Origin: Cyanophora paradoxa CCMP329
Taxonomy: Eukaryota > Plantae > Glaucophyta
Length of the DNA: 64,000 nt
Direction: 5' to 3'
Assembly (NCBI GenBank): GCA_004431415.1
Contig: QPMI01000078.1
Location: forward strand, 124,001-188,000
The translations under genes were made by a program, and so were the position numbers. How positions within the stretch are numbered: the stretch's first letter is position 1; every line of letters starts with the position of its first letter. Shown in pieces: positions 32,995 to 45,615 of the stretch. The notes beneath the pieces were generated by a model. The model searched no databases. It saw nothing but the letters and a program-made list of their open reading frames with translations, and was not told where the DNA came from.

Positions 32995-33850
32995 CAGGCG
33001 GGCCAGGGGCGGATCCGGAGGACGTGATTCATGGCCCCCGATGCCGCCATCTGCGGCGCACGGCCCCCGGCCCCGCGTCAGCGGAGGCCGGCCCCGAAGA
33101 CGGCGGGGGGACGGGCGGGGCGGGCGGGGCGGGCGGGCCTGGGCGAACTGGGCCCGGGGCCCCCTCAGGGTCCGCCTCCATCCCGAAGCTCGCCACGTCC
33201 TGAGCGACGGGGCGGGGCGGGGTCGGCCGGGGCGAGGGGCGGGGGGCCGGCGGGGCGGGCGGGGCGGCCGCGGGGCACCCGCTTGTGGACGGCGCACCCA
33301 CGCCGCGCGCAGCGAAGCGCAGCGCAGCTCAGCTCGGCTCAAGCAGCCGAGGCTCGGAGCGGGGCGCTGCCGCGCGCGCTGCGCCGCCTCCAGCACCAGC
33401 GCCCCGCCCTCCCGTACCCCTTCGCCCGCACCCCGCCTGCAGGGGTGTCAGGCGCGGGGATACCGGAGGGGTACGGCTGGGTCGGGTGGGGGGCCGGGGG
33501 GTACCTTGAGCGCGCCGAGCTTGGCGGCGGCGGCGGGGCTCTCGGCGTCGAAGGTGCGCGGGTCCCGCCCCTGGGCGTACCGCGGGTCCCGCGTGAAGAA
33601 CAGCGTTCGCTTCTGCGGGGGAGGATCGGGGGGGGGGGGGTACGGCCGCAAGGGGGCCGGGGGTACGGCGGGGCGTACCGTGTCGGGCTCGCGCTGGAGC
33701 AGAGCACCGTACAAGACCTCGAGCTCCGTGACCGAGCGATCCCGGTACCCCGCGAGCCAGGGGTACGACGCCATCGCGCGCTCGAGGGTCGTGGCAGCAG
33801 CTCGTCGCGGGGGGCCCCGTCCTGCTGCGCCCATGGCCACCTACCGCCCG
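32995..33850 (-). pseudogene. Inverted, internally deleted fragment of the DUF4062-NACHT gene
   Basis: The reverse complement matches 46920-47340, pieces of 47498-47548, then 54289-54690. Introns are retained but diverged; frames are broken. Confidence 0.85.
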
Positions 33851-33976
33851 TTCGCCAAACGTACGGGGCGGGGGGCGGGGGGGGGGGGGGAAGGAGGGGG
33901 TATGGCAGGGAGGCAGATTAGCAAGGACGGGGAGAGGCCCGGGGGTACTCGCCGAGGCCGGTTGAGGATCCAGGCG

Positions 33977-34011
<35 letters not shown>

Positions 34012-34583
34012 GTGAGGGAGGTGGAGGGGGGAAGGGGGAGGGGGGCGGGGCGTGGGCGTGCAGGGCGAGCGCGCCTTGGCGGGGGAATGCGAAACGCTCG
34101 GCGGCCTAGGCCTTTGCCGCGAAGACCAGGAGCTTTCGAATTTGCGATCCGATGATCGAGGGCGGGTGTGGAAGGGCGGGGGCGGGGGTGGTGCACCGTA
34201 GTTTTTTAGGAGAGGAGGGGAGGGGATGGGATGTGAATCAAGGGCGGCCTTGGAGTAGGGGGGTTTCGAGGGGCCCGGGCCCCGGGGGTCCCCAAGGGGA
34301 GGGAAGGGAAAACTAGAGGGGGAATGAGGGGGGAGGAGAGGGGCCGCGGGCCGGGGCTATAGGGGTCGCGATCGATTAAAAATTCGACACTCCAGTTAGC
34401 CTAGTAGGAGGTATAGGGGGAGGAAGAGGAGGGCTCGAGAGAAGAAAGGGGAGAGAAGGGGGGCGCAAGGCCCTGAGGGGGAGGACCAAGCTTAAGGGGT
34501 ACCCGCTCGACCTGTCCGGGATACCACATTCGGAAAACCACTTCAGCTTCGAGATCCGCGCTCCAGCCCCGCCGCCGGCAGCC

Positions 34584-35214
34584 ATGCACCGCGCCGCCGT
34601 CTTCGTCGCGCTCCTCGCCTTCGTCCTCGCCATGCTGGCGCTCGCCTCCGCGCAGGACATCACGCCCGAGATCACGCCGGAGATCACGCCGACCGTCTCC
34701 CCCTCGCCGTCCCCGGGCATGGTGCGCCTCCCCGCGCCTGTACATGTACCGCACGCGCGAGAACCGCGCCGGCGGCGCCCCGCGCCGCCGCGCATTTCCC
34801 GGCGGGTTTGCCTCTTCGCGCGCGAGCTCCGGCGCGCGACGCCGGCGGGCCGGCGCCGCACGACGCGCACGCGCATAGGCCGTGCTGCGCAAAACGAAAC
34901 AACTGCCAGCGCCGGCGCCGCGGCCGGGGCAACAGAAAGCGCGCGCCTGTTCGCGTGCGCCGCGGCTGACTCCGCTTCTGCAGGAGGGCTTCTTCAGCGA
35001 GGAGGAGCTCATCACCCTGTAAGTCACCTCGCGCACGCAAGTGTGTCGCAGGCTTATTGAGGTCGGTGCGCGAAACTTGATCTCCCGCGCGCCGCCGCGG
35101 CCCGCCCGCGCGAGCGCTGACGGCGCTCGCCATCTGCGCAGCAATCGGGATCAAGATAAACTCGGGCCAGGCATCCGATCAAGTCGCCCCGGCCTGGATT
35201 TAGACGGAGCCTGA
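34584..35214 (+). CDS. Small secreted Thr/Pro-rich peptide precursor (~82 aa, 3 exons), copy 1
   Basis: Signal peptide MHRAAVFVALLAFVLAMLALASA, (ITPE)n-VSPSPSPGM | EGFFSEEELITL | NRDQDKLGPGIRSSRPGLDLDGA*. Exons are conserved in the copy at 55175-55832 while introns diverge. Confidence 0.7.
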
Positions 35215-35794
35215 TCGAATCCCTAGGCCTGCGCGCTTCCACGTAGGACTCGCTCTTAGCTTTCTTATACGTATATCCGTTTTTAGGCTTCAAGTAATAT
35301 AAACAGTCTATTCGATCTCTTTCCTTTGGCTAAGCCGTGGCTGTCGCCGCGCCGCGGCCCGCGCCGCGCGCGCGCGCGCGGGAGCGCGGGCGCGAGCGAG
35401 CGCGCGCCGGGCTGGGGCCGCGGGCGGGCCTGGTTGGGAAGGCGGGCATGAGAGATCGTCTGCTAAGTGCTCGGATCATGTACAGCCGATGCGGGATCCA
35501 GAGCCGACGCACCGACCGCGAGCGCTAGCGCTTCGCCATGGCGCTGCGTCCATTCGCTTCGGCGGCCGGCGCCGCCGGCCGCGTTCATATGCGAGGATGG
35601 CCATTTGCTAAGCCTGGAGCTGCTCTACAAACCGCCGCGGTAACGACGCGGCTTCGGCAAGTGGCGCTACGAGCGTACCGATTGTCTCGTTGAGCTGCTT
35701 TCGAAGAGAACTAGCAGCTGGTGGCGTAGCGTGGCAAGTTGGATCATCACTGGCGGGATACCGATTTGAAAGTCGCGCCTAGCCGAGAAGCGCC

Positions 35795-37068
35795 ATGGCG
35801 TACAGGACGCCGTCGAGCTTGCAGCGGGTCACCTTCTCGCAGGGATCCTACCAGCCCGAGGCCTACGAGTCGCCGGCGTATGGCGGGCGGCCGATGCCCG
35901 CCGCCGACCCTTACCGCCGCACATCCGATTTCCAGTTCGAGAGCAGCCGCTCGGCGAACTACTCACAGTATCCTCCGTCCGGCCCGCGGCCGCACCAGCA
36001 GCAGCAGCTCATCCCCGACTTCAACTCCGATCTCTTCGACTGCTGCGCCGAATCGAGCGAGACTTCAGAATGTGCGTCGTAGCTAAATTTCGAGACTCTT
36101 CTGCGATAGAAGGGACCACGCCGCCGTGGTGGACTCCCGGGAGGCGCCGCGGCGCCATCGGTTGTGCAGCGCGATGCGCCACTAGATTCGCCGATAGACG
36201 ATGTTTTCGAGCTCTTCTCGTCTGATCTCACATGCGCAGGCCTCGTCTCGTTCATCGTGCCCCCGGTCCAGGTTCGCCTACGATTTCAAACCCCGCCATG
36301 AGCGCCCCGCCGACGCGCCCGCCCCGGCTCGCAGATCGGCATCACTGGTGCGACGAGCCGTCCTAATGCCCCGTCCGCCCCGCCGACGCGCCTGACATCG
36401 ACGCCCTTGCAGAGGAGCTGCACGATTCGACGTCCTGCGCGTGCGTGCCACGCCCGCCCGCCCGCGGCCGCGGCCGCCAGCCCTCCGACGCCGCCGGCGC
36501 GCGTGCGCAGGCCCACGGCGGCGCTGACGTGCGCCATCGACCTGTGCACGGCCGGCTGCGGCACGCGCGTCATCGGCTTCATCAAGCGGTGCGGTGCCGC
36601 CCGCCCCCTCCGCCTCCGCCCTCCTGCGCGGCGGCGGCTCACGCGGCGGCGGGCCAGGCGCAAGTACATCGAAGCGTACGGCATGCAGCGCGACGCCTGC
36701 AACGACTGCCTCGCATGTGCGGCCCTGACCTCCCCGCCCCGCCCCGCCCCGCCCCGCCCCGGACCGGGCGCCCCGCCTGCCGCCAACGCCCCCCGCCAGA
36801 CTTCTGCTGCCCGTGCTGCGCCGTGGCACAGGACGCGCGCGAGGTATGCAGCACCCCCCTCCCGCCCATCCCCCGGCGCCGCCCCCCCTCGAGCGCCCCG
36901 CCCCCCGCGCAGGTGCGGATTCGTGGCAACGTGAAGATGATGATGCCGCCGCCGGCCCAGATGATGGCCCCGAACGCGGGGTACGCCGCCGGGCCCGTCG
37001 GGTACGGCTACGGCGGGCCCGCCCTCCCGCCCTCGGGGTACGGCGGCGGCCGCGACGTCGTCGTGTAG
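35795..37068 (+). CDS. PLAC8/cornifelin-family Cys-rich protein
   Basis: Spliced FNSDLFDCC...CLVSFIVPPVQIG...RRKYIEAYGMQRDACNDCLAYFCCPCCAVAQDAREV; canonical introns. Confidence 0.85.
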
Positions 37069-37348
37069 CCCCCCCGCGCCCGCATCAACCTCGGCTCTCT
37101 CGAGGCTCTTTAATCTCGAGCGCTGCTTTGCGTCCCGTCTCCGTTTGCTATGTCTTAGTAGGCCTAGCTTGGCAGGCACCCCGCGCCGCCCCGCACGACC
37201 CCGCCCTGTTCCGTGTGGCTGAGGGCTCGTGCATGTAGTAATGTGGAATGCGTGGGACCGAGACGCGCACCAACTATATGCATCCAGGAGAGAAAGCGGC
37301 GTTGACGGCTACCTAGACCGGCCTGCTAGGCGACTACTACTGCTGCTG

Positions 37349-38813
37349 CTACTTGATGAGCTTCTCGACCTCTGCCTTGAGGTCCGAGGCCGCCTTCTCG
37401 ATGCCCTCGCCGACCTTGTAGCGGAGGAAGCCGGCGACGGCGAGGCCGGGGACGCCCAGCCGCTTCGCCTCGGCCGCCAGCAGCTGCGAGACCGTCTGCT
37501 TCTCGTCCATTATGAACTTCTGTAAGGGGCGGGTCAGCGGTCCGGAGAAGCGGGCTGGAGCTCTGATTCAGGGGCTCGGCCGACCTGCTCGGAGAGGACG
37601 ACCTCGCCCATCCACTTGGCCATGCGCCCCTGCACGATCTTCTCCGCCGTCTTCTCGTCCTTCCCCGCCGCCCGCGCCTGCGCCGTCGCCACCTCCCGCT
37701 CCCGCTCCACCGCCTCGCCCGCGACGCAGTCCTTCGCCACGAACGAGGGGCTGGCGCCCACGACGTGCATCGCGACGCGCCCGGCCAGCTCGTGGAGCGC
37801 CTCGGCCGGCGCCGCCGCCCCCGCCGCCGCCTCCAGCGCCACCAGCGCCGCCATGCGGCCCATCCCCGGCCGCGCCGCCGAGTGCACGTAGGCGCCCACC
37901 GCGCCGCCCCCCGCCCGCACCTCCAGCCGCCCCGCCCGCCTGCCCGCCGCCGCGTCAGACGCCGGCGGGCAAGGCGGCGGGCGGGGCGGGCGGGCGAGCG
38001 GGCGGGCGGACCTGAGCTGGCAGTTCTCGCCGACGGTGGCGATGAGCTCCGTCGTGGCTGCCTCAACGGTGCGCCCGCCGGGCAGCGCCGCCGCCTTGAG
38101 CGACTCGGGCGCCACCGCGAGGGTCGACCCCAGCGCCCGCTCCGCCGAGGGCGCCGCGGGGCCGCCAGGGCCGCCCCCGCGACCTGCTCCAGCGTCGCCT
38201 GGAACGCCTCGTTCCTCGCGACGAAGTCCGTCTCGCTGTTCAGCTGCGCGCGGGCGCGCGGCGGGCGGGCGGGCGGCGCGTCGGAGGGCGGCGGCGGGGC
38301 GGGGCGGGGCGGGCGGCGCGGGCGCGCCGCGCACCTCCACGATCGCTCCGCGGAGCTTGTCCTCGCTGATGCGCACCGCGACGAGCCCGTCCGAGGCCAC
38401 GCGCGACGCCTTCTTCGCCGCCGACGCCAGGCCCTTCTTCCGCAGCCAGGCGATGGCCTTGTCGATGTCGCCGCCCTCCGCCACCAGCGCGTTCTTGCAC
38501 TCCGCAATCGATGTGCCTGTACGCTCGCGCAGCTCCTTGACCTGCGCGCCGCCCGGCGCGTCAGCCGCGAGTCGGCGGACCGTCGTAGCCGCGGCGGGGC
38601 TGCGGCCGCCCGGCGGCGCAGGATCCGGCTGCGCACGAGCGAGATGGGGATCTTTGACGCGTCGCCGCCGTCCGCGGCCGCGGCCAGGCGCGCGGGCGTG
38701 AACGCGATGCCGCGGACGCCGTGCCGGAGCGCTGGGAGCGGGAGCCGTTAGCTACGCGCTTAAATCGCCTTGGCGCGCGTACCGGCGCGCTGAACGGACG
38801 CGAGGCGCTGCAT
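37349..38813 (-). CDS. TSFM: Elongation factor Ts, mitochondrial-type
   Basis: LVKELRERTGTSIAECKNAL..WLRKKG..IVELNSETDFVARN, VGENCQLRR, VAMHVVG, VLSEQKFIMDE; Arg/Ala-rich N-terminal presequence; one apparent 1-nt indel at a G run near 38160. Confidence 0.93.
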
Positions 38814-38860
38814 CGTCGTGTGTTGCTACCGTACCCCGGGATTCAACACAAAGCGAAAAG

Positions 38861-40618
38861 ATGGTGGCCGGGCCCTTCAACAGCGGAGCGACTGTGCGTT
38901 TGTCGCCTTCCTGAGGCTATCGCACGGCCGAGCTAGCCCCTAGACGAGCTGCTAGCTTTTTCCCGCGAGGATAACTGACGCCCGGCTGTGCCGTGCTGAC
39001 GTATCCGCAGACGCTCCTCAAGCTCCTCAATGTCGCCAGCATCATCATCTCTGGTGCTATCGTGCGTGCCTCTGTCCAGCCGCCTCGAGACACGTCCACC
39101 AGTGCCTCCGCAATTCCTGACGGACCCACTCGGACGGTACAGATCGGCTCCGGCATCTACGCCGCTGAGGAGGGCCTGCTGGGCACCGGTGCCCTCGCCT
39201 GGTTCCTCGTCGGTGAGCCCGGGCCGTTTCAGCGCTGACCTCCGAAACACCTATGCCTTCGGATCTAGCCGACCGACGTCGCCTTCCGAAACCGTTTACC
39301 GACGTTCGGCCTTCGCAGTGATCGGCATCCTCATCGCGGCGACCGCGATCCTCGGCCTGGTCGGCGCCTCGAAGAACTCGCCCGGCATTCTCTTCGCTTT
39401 CTTTGCGATCACCATCACCACCACGACTCTCACCGTGTTCCTGGCGATCCTCGCCTTCATCAGTGTGTGGCCCCTTTCCCTCCGGGGCGGTTGCCGGCCC
39501 GAACCGGCCGGCAGACAAGGACCTCGTTGAGCCCACCTTCCGCGAGTACTGCTCCAGCCACGACTGGTGCGCACTCTCGAAGCGATTGAGTTTCTTTCCT
39601 CGCGCCTGACTCGCCCGCCCGCAGCGTCCGCCTCTGGGGCTACAGTGCGCCGGCCGGATACTCCTCGCCGGGCTGCTTGCGCTGACGCCGGGGTCCCCGC
39701 AGGCGCCGACGAGGCGATTACGATCTTCCAGCGTGCGTACAAGGTCGTCGGCGCCCTCGCCCTCGTCTGCTTCTTCATCCTGGTGCGCCCCGCCCGCCGC
39801 CCGCGCCTCTTCCGGCGCCGCCTGGTCGTGAGGCGGCCGGCAGCTCGGCTGCACCATCTCGGCGGGCATCGTCCTCGGCCTGAAGAACATCGCCAAGCGC
39901 GCCCTCATCACCTTCTGCTCCCTCTTCCTCGTCCGCCCCGCCCCCGCCCCGACCCGCCTGCCTCCCCGGGCCCCCGCTGAGCGAACCGACCCGGCCCGCA
40001 GATCCTCGGCCTGGCGCTCATCGTCGGCGGGTTCCTGGGGAGCAAGTACGGGCTGGGCACCACCTGGAGCTCGTACGCCATCGGCGGCCTCGGCCTCGCC
40101 CTCTTCCTCGTCTCCCTCCTCGGCATCATCGCCGCCTCCCGCGAGAGCGAGGCCCTCCTCAACGTGCGTACCCCCCTTCTTCTCCCCCCCCAAAAAAAAT
40201 CCCGAACTCAGTCGCCCCGCAGATCTACCTGGCGGTGCTCTTCATCATCTCCATCATCCTCTTCGCCGCCGGCGTCGCCGCCTTCCTCAACGGCGCGTAC
40301 CCGTCCCCGTCCCCTCCCCTCCCCCCCCCCACCCCGCGCGCGTACCCGTCCCCGTCTCGCGCCGGCCTGACGCCCGCCGCAGTCAGCAAGGTCCAGGACT
40401 ACGTCACGACGCACGCGGAGGACCCGCAGTTCCAGGGCGTCTTCAAGACCCTCACGACGGAGCAGCAGCGCTCCCTGGCCGGCTTCGCCGTCAAGACCAT
40501 CGGCCTCGCCGGCATCATCTCCGCCATCGTTGTCGTCGTCGGCATCGTCTTCACCTTCAACCTCAAGTCCAACGTGGGCTACAAGGCCTCGGCCTACCGC
40601 TACGGCCAGCAGGTCTAA
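38861..40618 (+). CDS. Tandem double tetraspanin-like membrane protein (8 predicted TM helices)
   Basis: The spliced product has two 4-TM units, each with the TM2-TM3 motif (ILGLVGASKNSPGIL; LLGIIAASRESEALL) and a loop before TM4. Confidence 0.7.
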
Positions 40619-41146
40619 GCGGCGCCCCCATAGTCCACGGGCCGCTCGCCCTCTCCGGGATCCGGCGCCTAGTGTGCGCCCCGCGAGGCTTCGGCGCTGC
40701 CCTGTCTCAATTCAGTGTAATTTGGCCGCCGCTGGGCTTAGCTTGGGCGTGTCGAGCAGTCCGGGCGCAACACGTGCACATTGCCACTCAAAGAGCGGTT
40801 TGAGCGCATCCGCATGCCGAATTCGAATTCGAAAGAGGTTTGAGATTCGTGGAACGCATGAGCACGTGCAGAGGCCAGCGCGCGAGCAGACGCATTTGAT
40901 TCGAAGTCCGATCAATTTTCCCTAGATCTATTTCATCGATGTCAATGAATGTGTAACTGACGTACTAGCTATAGCATAGTCTAGCAATAGATACCGTCAA
41001 TGGACTGACGTAGACTGATTATACGCAAAAAGGCGTCTATCAAACTGCTTAGAGCTCAACTCGCAAACAGCCAAAAAGAGGGAACCGCGCTGCACAGGAG
41101 ACCTAGAATTGAAACCTACGCCCAAGAGCTGCATTGTGGTACGTCA

Positions 41147-42407
41147 TTATACCTCGTACATGTTCCAGCCTCCGTGCGCGTAGCTCGAATTCCGCTTCAT
41201 GCTGTCTGCGGCGGGGGTCGGCGCCTGGGGCGGGGCGCCGGTGGCGAGTCGCGGCGCGCACCTTCGTGGCTCGTGAACCCGATCACGTGGTCTGCAGGCA
41301 GGTTTGCGAGACCCTTGAACTGTTGCCTGCGGGCGGAGGAGGCGCGCGTCAGGGCGGGGCCTCGCGAGGAGCAAGCGAGGGGCAGGCGCACCCGATCGGG
41401 ACGACGTTCTCGGCGCAGCCCCGCGTCCATATTGCGAGCTTGTCCTGGCCCTTCCTAATGCTCACCACGGCCCCGTTCACCTGCCCCTGGCTCTCGTCAT
41501 CGAACTGCTCCCCAATAAGCGACAAAACCTGCGCAGGAAAGAAAAGGAAGAAGAACCGAAATCAGAACACATCAAGCAGAAGCAATACGGAAATGCTGCA
41601 GAGAGAAGCGCGCACGAGGTCGAGCCACAGCTGGTCGAGGTCCGCTCTCCGCTTGGTCGGCCAGATGAGGGTCCACTTCCCGCCCTGTCCGTTGTTCGGG
41701 TCCTCCCACTTCGGCTCCACATCTGCGCACACGGGCGTGCCTCAGAGGGAGGCTGCAGCAGGAGCTCACGGCAGCGCTAGCGTTGGCAGAACAGGGTCGC
41801 GATCGTAGGCACGGCATGCGCGTGGCGGGAGCGAACCTTCTTTAAATAAGTGATAGTTACTACCAGCAGCAAGTTTGCTGGGCGGAACGATATTGTTGAA
41901 CATACTGCGAGACGAGCGAACGGGCGAGCGTCAGGGCGCCTGCGGGGATGTCTCGCGCGCTCAAAGCGCGACTCACCACCAAAAGTCCTCAACCTGCGCA
42001 TGGCGCACATGATCGGGGAGGCGCGCCGGTCAGCGGCAGGCGGTGGTGGAAGGAAAACGCAAGAGGACGTGTGCGCGGGCGGCGCACCGTGTCAAAAGTC
42101 AGAATCCGGCGCAGATTGTCCTCCCAGTTCGTCTGGTTGACGCGCTTGCCCGGGTTGTCGTACCACATGGTCCACCGGTGCTGCGCATGAAAGACCGCTC
42201 GCGACTCGTTCCCGGGCGGCGGGGCGCGGGGGATGGCACCTGCAACGGGTGCTTGATGCTATACTCCAAGGGATAGCCTGCATCGCCCGCGTAGTAATCG
42301 GTCGCCTCGTCCATGAACTGCTCCTGCCCGTCCTGCATCTCCGCCTCGGTGGTGGGGTTGCTCTCGGTTGGTGCCTCCGTTCCCTCCTCGCTCTTCATGT
42401 CTGCCAT
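41147..42407 (-). CDS. eIF4E: Eukaryotic translation initiation factor 4E
   Basis: KHPLQHRWTMWYD..FDTVEDFW..YHLFKEDVEPKWED..GGKW..LIGEQF..GAVVSIRKGQDKLAIWT; canonical introns. Confidence 0.96.
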
Positions 42408-42690
42408 GGATCGCCTACGCGCGGCTCCCTGGTCAGGTTCTTCGCGTTGCATCGAAACACCAAGCCACTTCGTCCGAGAACGCGGCTTCGGGGCGCGGCA
42501 CCTTCAGATTCAGGTAGTACAAGGGACGCTCCGGCACCGATCGGAGAGCACCAGCCCCGGCGAACGGAGAGCACCGATCGGCAAGAAAAAGGACGGGGGA
42601 AGAGAATACTGTGGGGTACAGCTGATAAAACCTCCTCAGGCGCTCGCTTCCTCAGGGGCTTGTACACCTGAGGTCGGGCGCTTGCTTCCG

Positions 42691-45070
42691 ATGCGCACGG
42701 CGGCTCTGCTCGCCCTCGCCCTCGCGGCGTGTGCGCTCGCGCTCGCTCAAGAGGTCGACCTCGACCGCTTCTGCTCTCCGCTGCCTGTCCTCGTTGTCAC
42801 CGCGGGCAAGCACGGCATAGAGTCAGGGAGCGATCGCAGCAACACGCACGTCTCCCTGCACGCGTTCGAGGCGCCCTGCGGCGCCGGCGGGGATCGACGC
42901 CCGCTCTTCGACGTAGATGCCAAGGCCCACGCTCGCACAGACGCACGTCGCGGGTTCGCCTCTCCTCCTTCTCCTCCTCTCGATCGCACTGGGGCTGAAG
43001 CTTGAAAATTTTGCAACAGGTTTCCGGAGTTTAGTGAGCCCGGCTGCAACACACACCCCGCGCGCGCACGGCGCAGTTAAAGCGCCCGCGCGCCGCCGCA
43101 GTGTATGCGCTCAAGACAACAGACTCGGACGGGAAGGAGAAGGCCGTGCCGCTGCTCGGCATGCCCTCGCACAGCCGCTGGGCCCTGTACGGCGCGCTCT
43201 CTGCTGGAGCTGCTCTCTATCCATCGTTCTGGCCCGCCACTGATCCGACGCAGGCTTCCGGCACGGGGACCGGAGCCTCGTCCGCAACGCCGTCTCGTTC
43301 CGCCTCAGCCACGACATCGGGAGGCGCGCCCCCCTTGGCCCCGGCCATACAGCCCGCTCAGCCTGCGGCAGCGTGCTGACGCGGATGCGCCGCCTTCGCA
43401 GGTGGGCCCCGCGGGTGCGCTACGTCGAGGCGTTCTTCGCGCGCGGGAAGAAGGACCGCCCGCAGTACGCCGGTGAGAGAAGCGCCCGCCCCAGTGCGCG
43501 GCCATCGGGCCCATCCGGCGCAGGCGTGTGGCTCGTGATGGAGACCGTGCGCCCCTCCGAGCACCGCGTCGACCTTGGCAACGAGACGTGCGCGCTGTAC
43601 CCTCCCGCCGAGTCGCCCCGCCCGCCGCGCCCCGCTGAGTCGTGCCGCGCAGGGCCGCGGGAGAGGGGAGCCGACCGTGGATCCTGACGTAGCGCGCCCG
43701 GCCCCGTCATGCTCAGCCCCGCCCGGCCCCGCCCCGCCGCGGCTCGAGCGGCGGCGGTGCGCAGCGTGTCTTACGAGAACCTGCGGGACGGGGGCGGCTC
43801 AGTCGAGGCGGAGGCCGCCAAGCGCGCCGCCCGCCAGTGGTGGATCCTCGCCACCGGTGGGCGGCCCCGGCCCCGGCCCCCGGGGCGAGCCGAGCGCGAA
43901 CTTGTACCCTTGGCGGGGGCGTGCAGGGTACAAGTTCGTGTGGCCGCGGCCCAAGGCGGTGGAGAACGGTATCGCGGGAGAGGCCAGGCGAGCGCTCCTC
44001 CGCCTCCGGTCCCGCCGCCTCCGCCTCCTCCGCCTCCGCTGACGGCGCTCCTCCGCCGCGCAGGGACGCGATCGTGGAGCTGGCGGGGCGGGGCCCCTGG
44101 CGGGCCGCCTCCGCCGTGGACCTCGCGAGCTTCGTCGACTACTTCCTCCTGCGGGCCCGCCTCAGGCTTAGGCCTAGGAGGCCCCCTCTGAGGCGGGGCG
44201 GCCGGCCGCGCAGGAGCTGCAGCGGGACGCGGATGGCGTGCGGAAGAACCAGTTCTACGTCCGCCGCGCGGGGGAGCGCGCGCTCAGGATGGGGCCCCTC
44301 TGGGACTGCGAGGTCTGTACCCCCCACTCCCCCCGCTCCTCCCCTTGGAATTTGAGCCGCCCGCAGCTGGGGTTCAACCGGACCTTCCGGCCGGGCTTCT
44401 CGCTGTGCGGGCAGGAGCGCGTGGAGGGCTTCGCGTTCCTGTACCCCGACCTGGACTGCCGCCCCCCGGCCTTCTGGCTCGACCTCCTGCGGGGCACGAC
44501 CTTCCCCCGCGCCGCCGCCAGCCGCTGGCACCAGCTCCGCGCCCCGGGCGCGCCGCTCTCCCCCCCCGCCATTGACGCCCGCGTCGAGGTTCGCCGTACC
44601 CCCTTCCCTTTTTCCCCCATAGCCCTCCTGCCACGGCTTCGCAATCACTTAATTACCCCCCGCGCAGGAGGCGGCCGAGCGCATCCGGCCCGCCCAGGCG
44701 AGCCATCCGCACCCCCCTGCCGCCCGCCCGCCCCGAGTTGATGGGGGGGCGGGGCGGGGTACGTGTGCAGGGGCGGCACGCGCGGCGGTGGCCGGAGGCA
44801 TCGCCGAGGACGACTGCGGACTGGGAGCGGGAGGTCCGCGCCGTCGCCACCTGGCTCCGGGCGCGCACCCCGGCCCCGCCCCGCCCCGCCCGGCCTCTTC
44901 GGGGCTTGCAATTGCCGCCTTTGGCTTATCTCCGCTGCGTGCAGCTGCGGGGGGCGTGGCTGGACCGGCACATCGACTCGCTGGGGGCGGCGGCGCGGGC
45001 CGCGGTCGAGGGCGAGGGCGCGGATGGGGACCTCGACTCGTGGAACCGCGTGCCCCCGCTCGCCCTCTAG
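42691..45070 (+). CDS. Secreted CotH-kinase-family protein (multi-exon)
   Basis: Signal peptide; VPLLGMPSHSRWALYG..DRSLVRNAVSFRLS..WAPRVRYVE..GVWLVME; VDLASFVDYFL..DADG..N.FY..MGPLWD; W..LR.AWLD. Confidence 0.8.
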
Positions 45071-45615
45071 GGGCGCCGGCCCGCCGCCGGGCCGCCGGCC
45101 GCGCCCCGCTGGGCCAGCCTGGCAGGGCCTTGCATGCGAAGGACCCTGGGCCCTGCGGCCCCTGCTGTCGACGTCGCGCTCGAAGCTTTAGCAATAGCTA
45201 GCATGTAGATGTAGATCTGTAATTACGCATAAAGCCTTGCCACTGAACTTGTGACTGAAGTTGCCAGCTGCCATTCAGCAGGCCCTTGCTGCAGATCTAG
45301 AATGGCCAATATATATTAATGTGTTTACACGTACTGCTTCGTCGTAACATCGAAGATATCGATCAGTTTGGTTTCTTAACTTTGGAATCTTTGGATTACC
45401 AGAGGATATTTTTTTTTTTGGTGAATTACCGGCCACAGCCTCTAGTCTACTCCAGCACTGTGGGGGCGTATACAGGCAAGGTGGGGCATGATCGATCGGA
45501 ATTATGTGGAACGGGCGGGATTTGAAGGCGTGATTCTCATCGCAGGGCGATTCGAACACGGAAGGCATGCATAGGAAAGCGTGTATGATAACCACACCGC
45601 TATGAGCAGAGGATA

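Noticed and set aside
33860-34500. Long poly-G and purine-skewed tract (also poly-C at ~50512-50546 and ~53324-53352)
   Set aside because: Low-complexity intron/promoter DNA with unreliable homopolymer lengths; G-quadruplex potential alone is not evidence of function.
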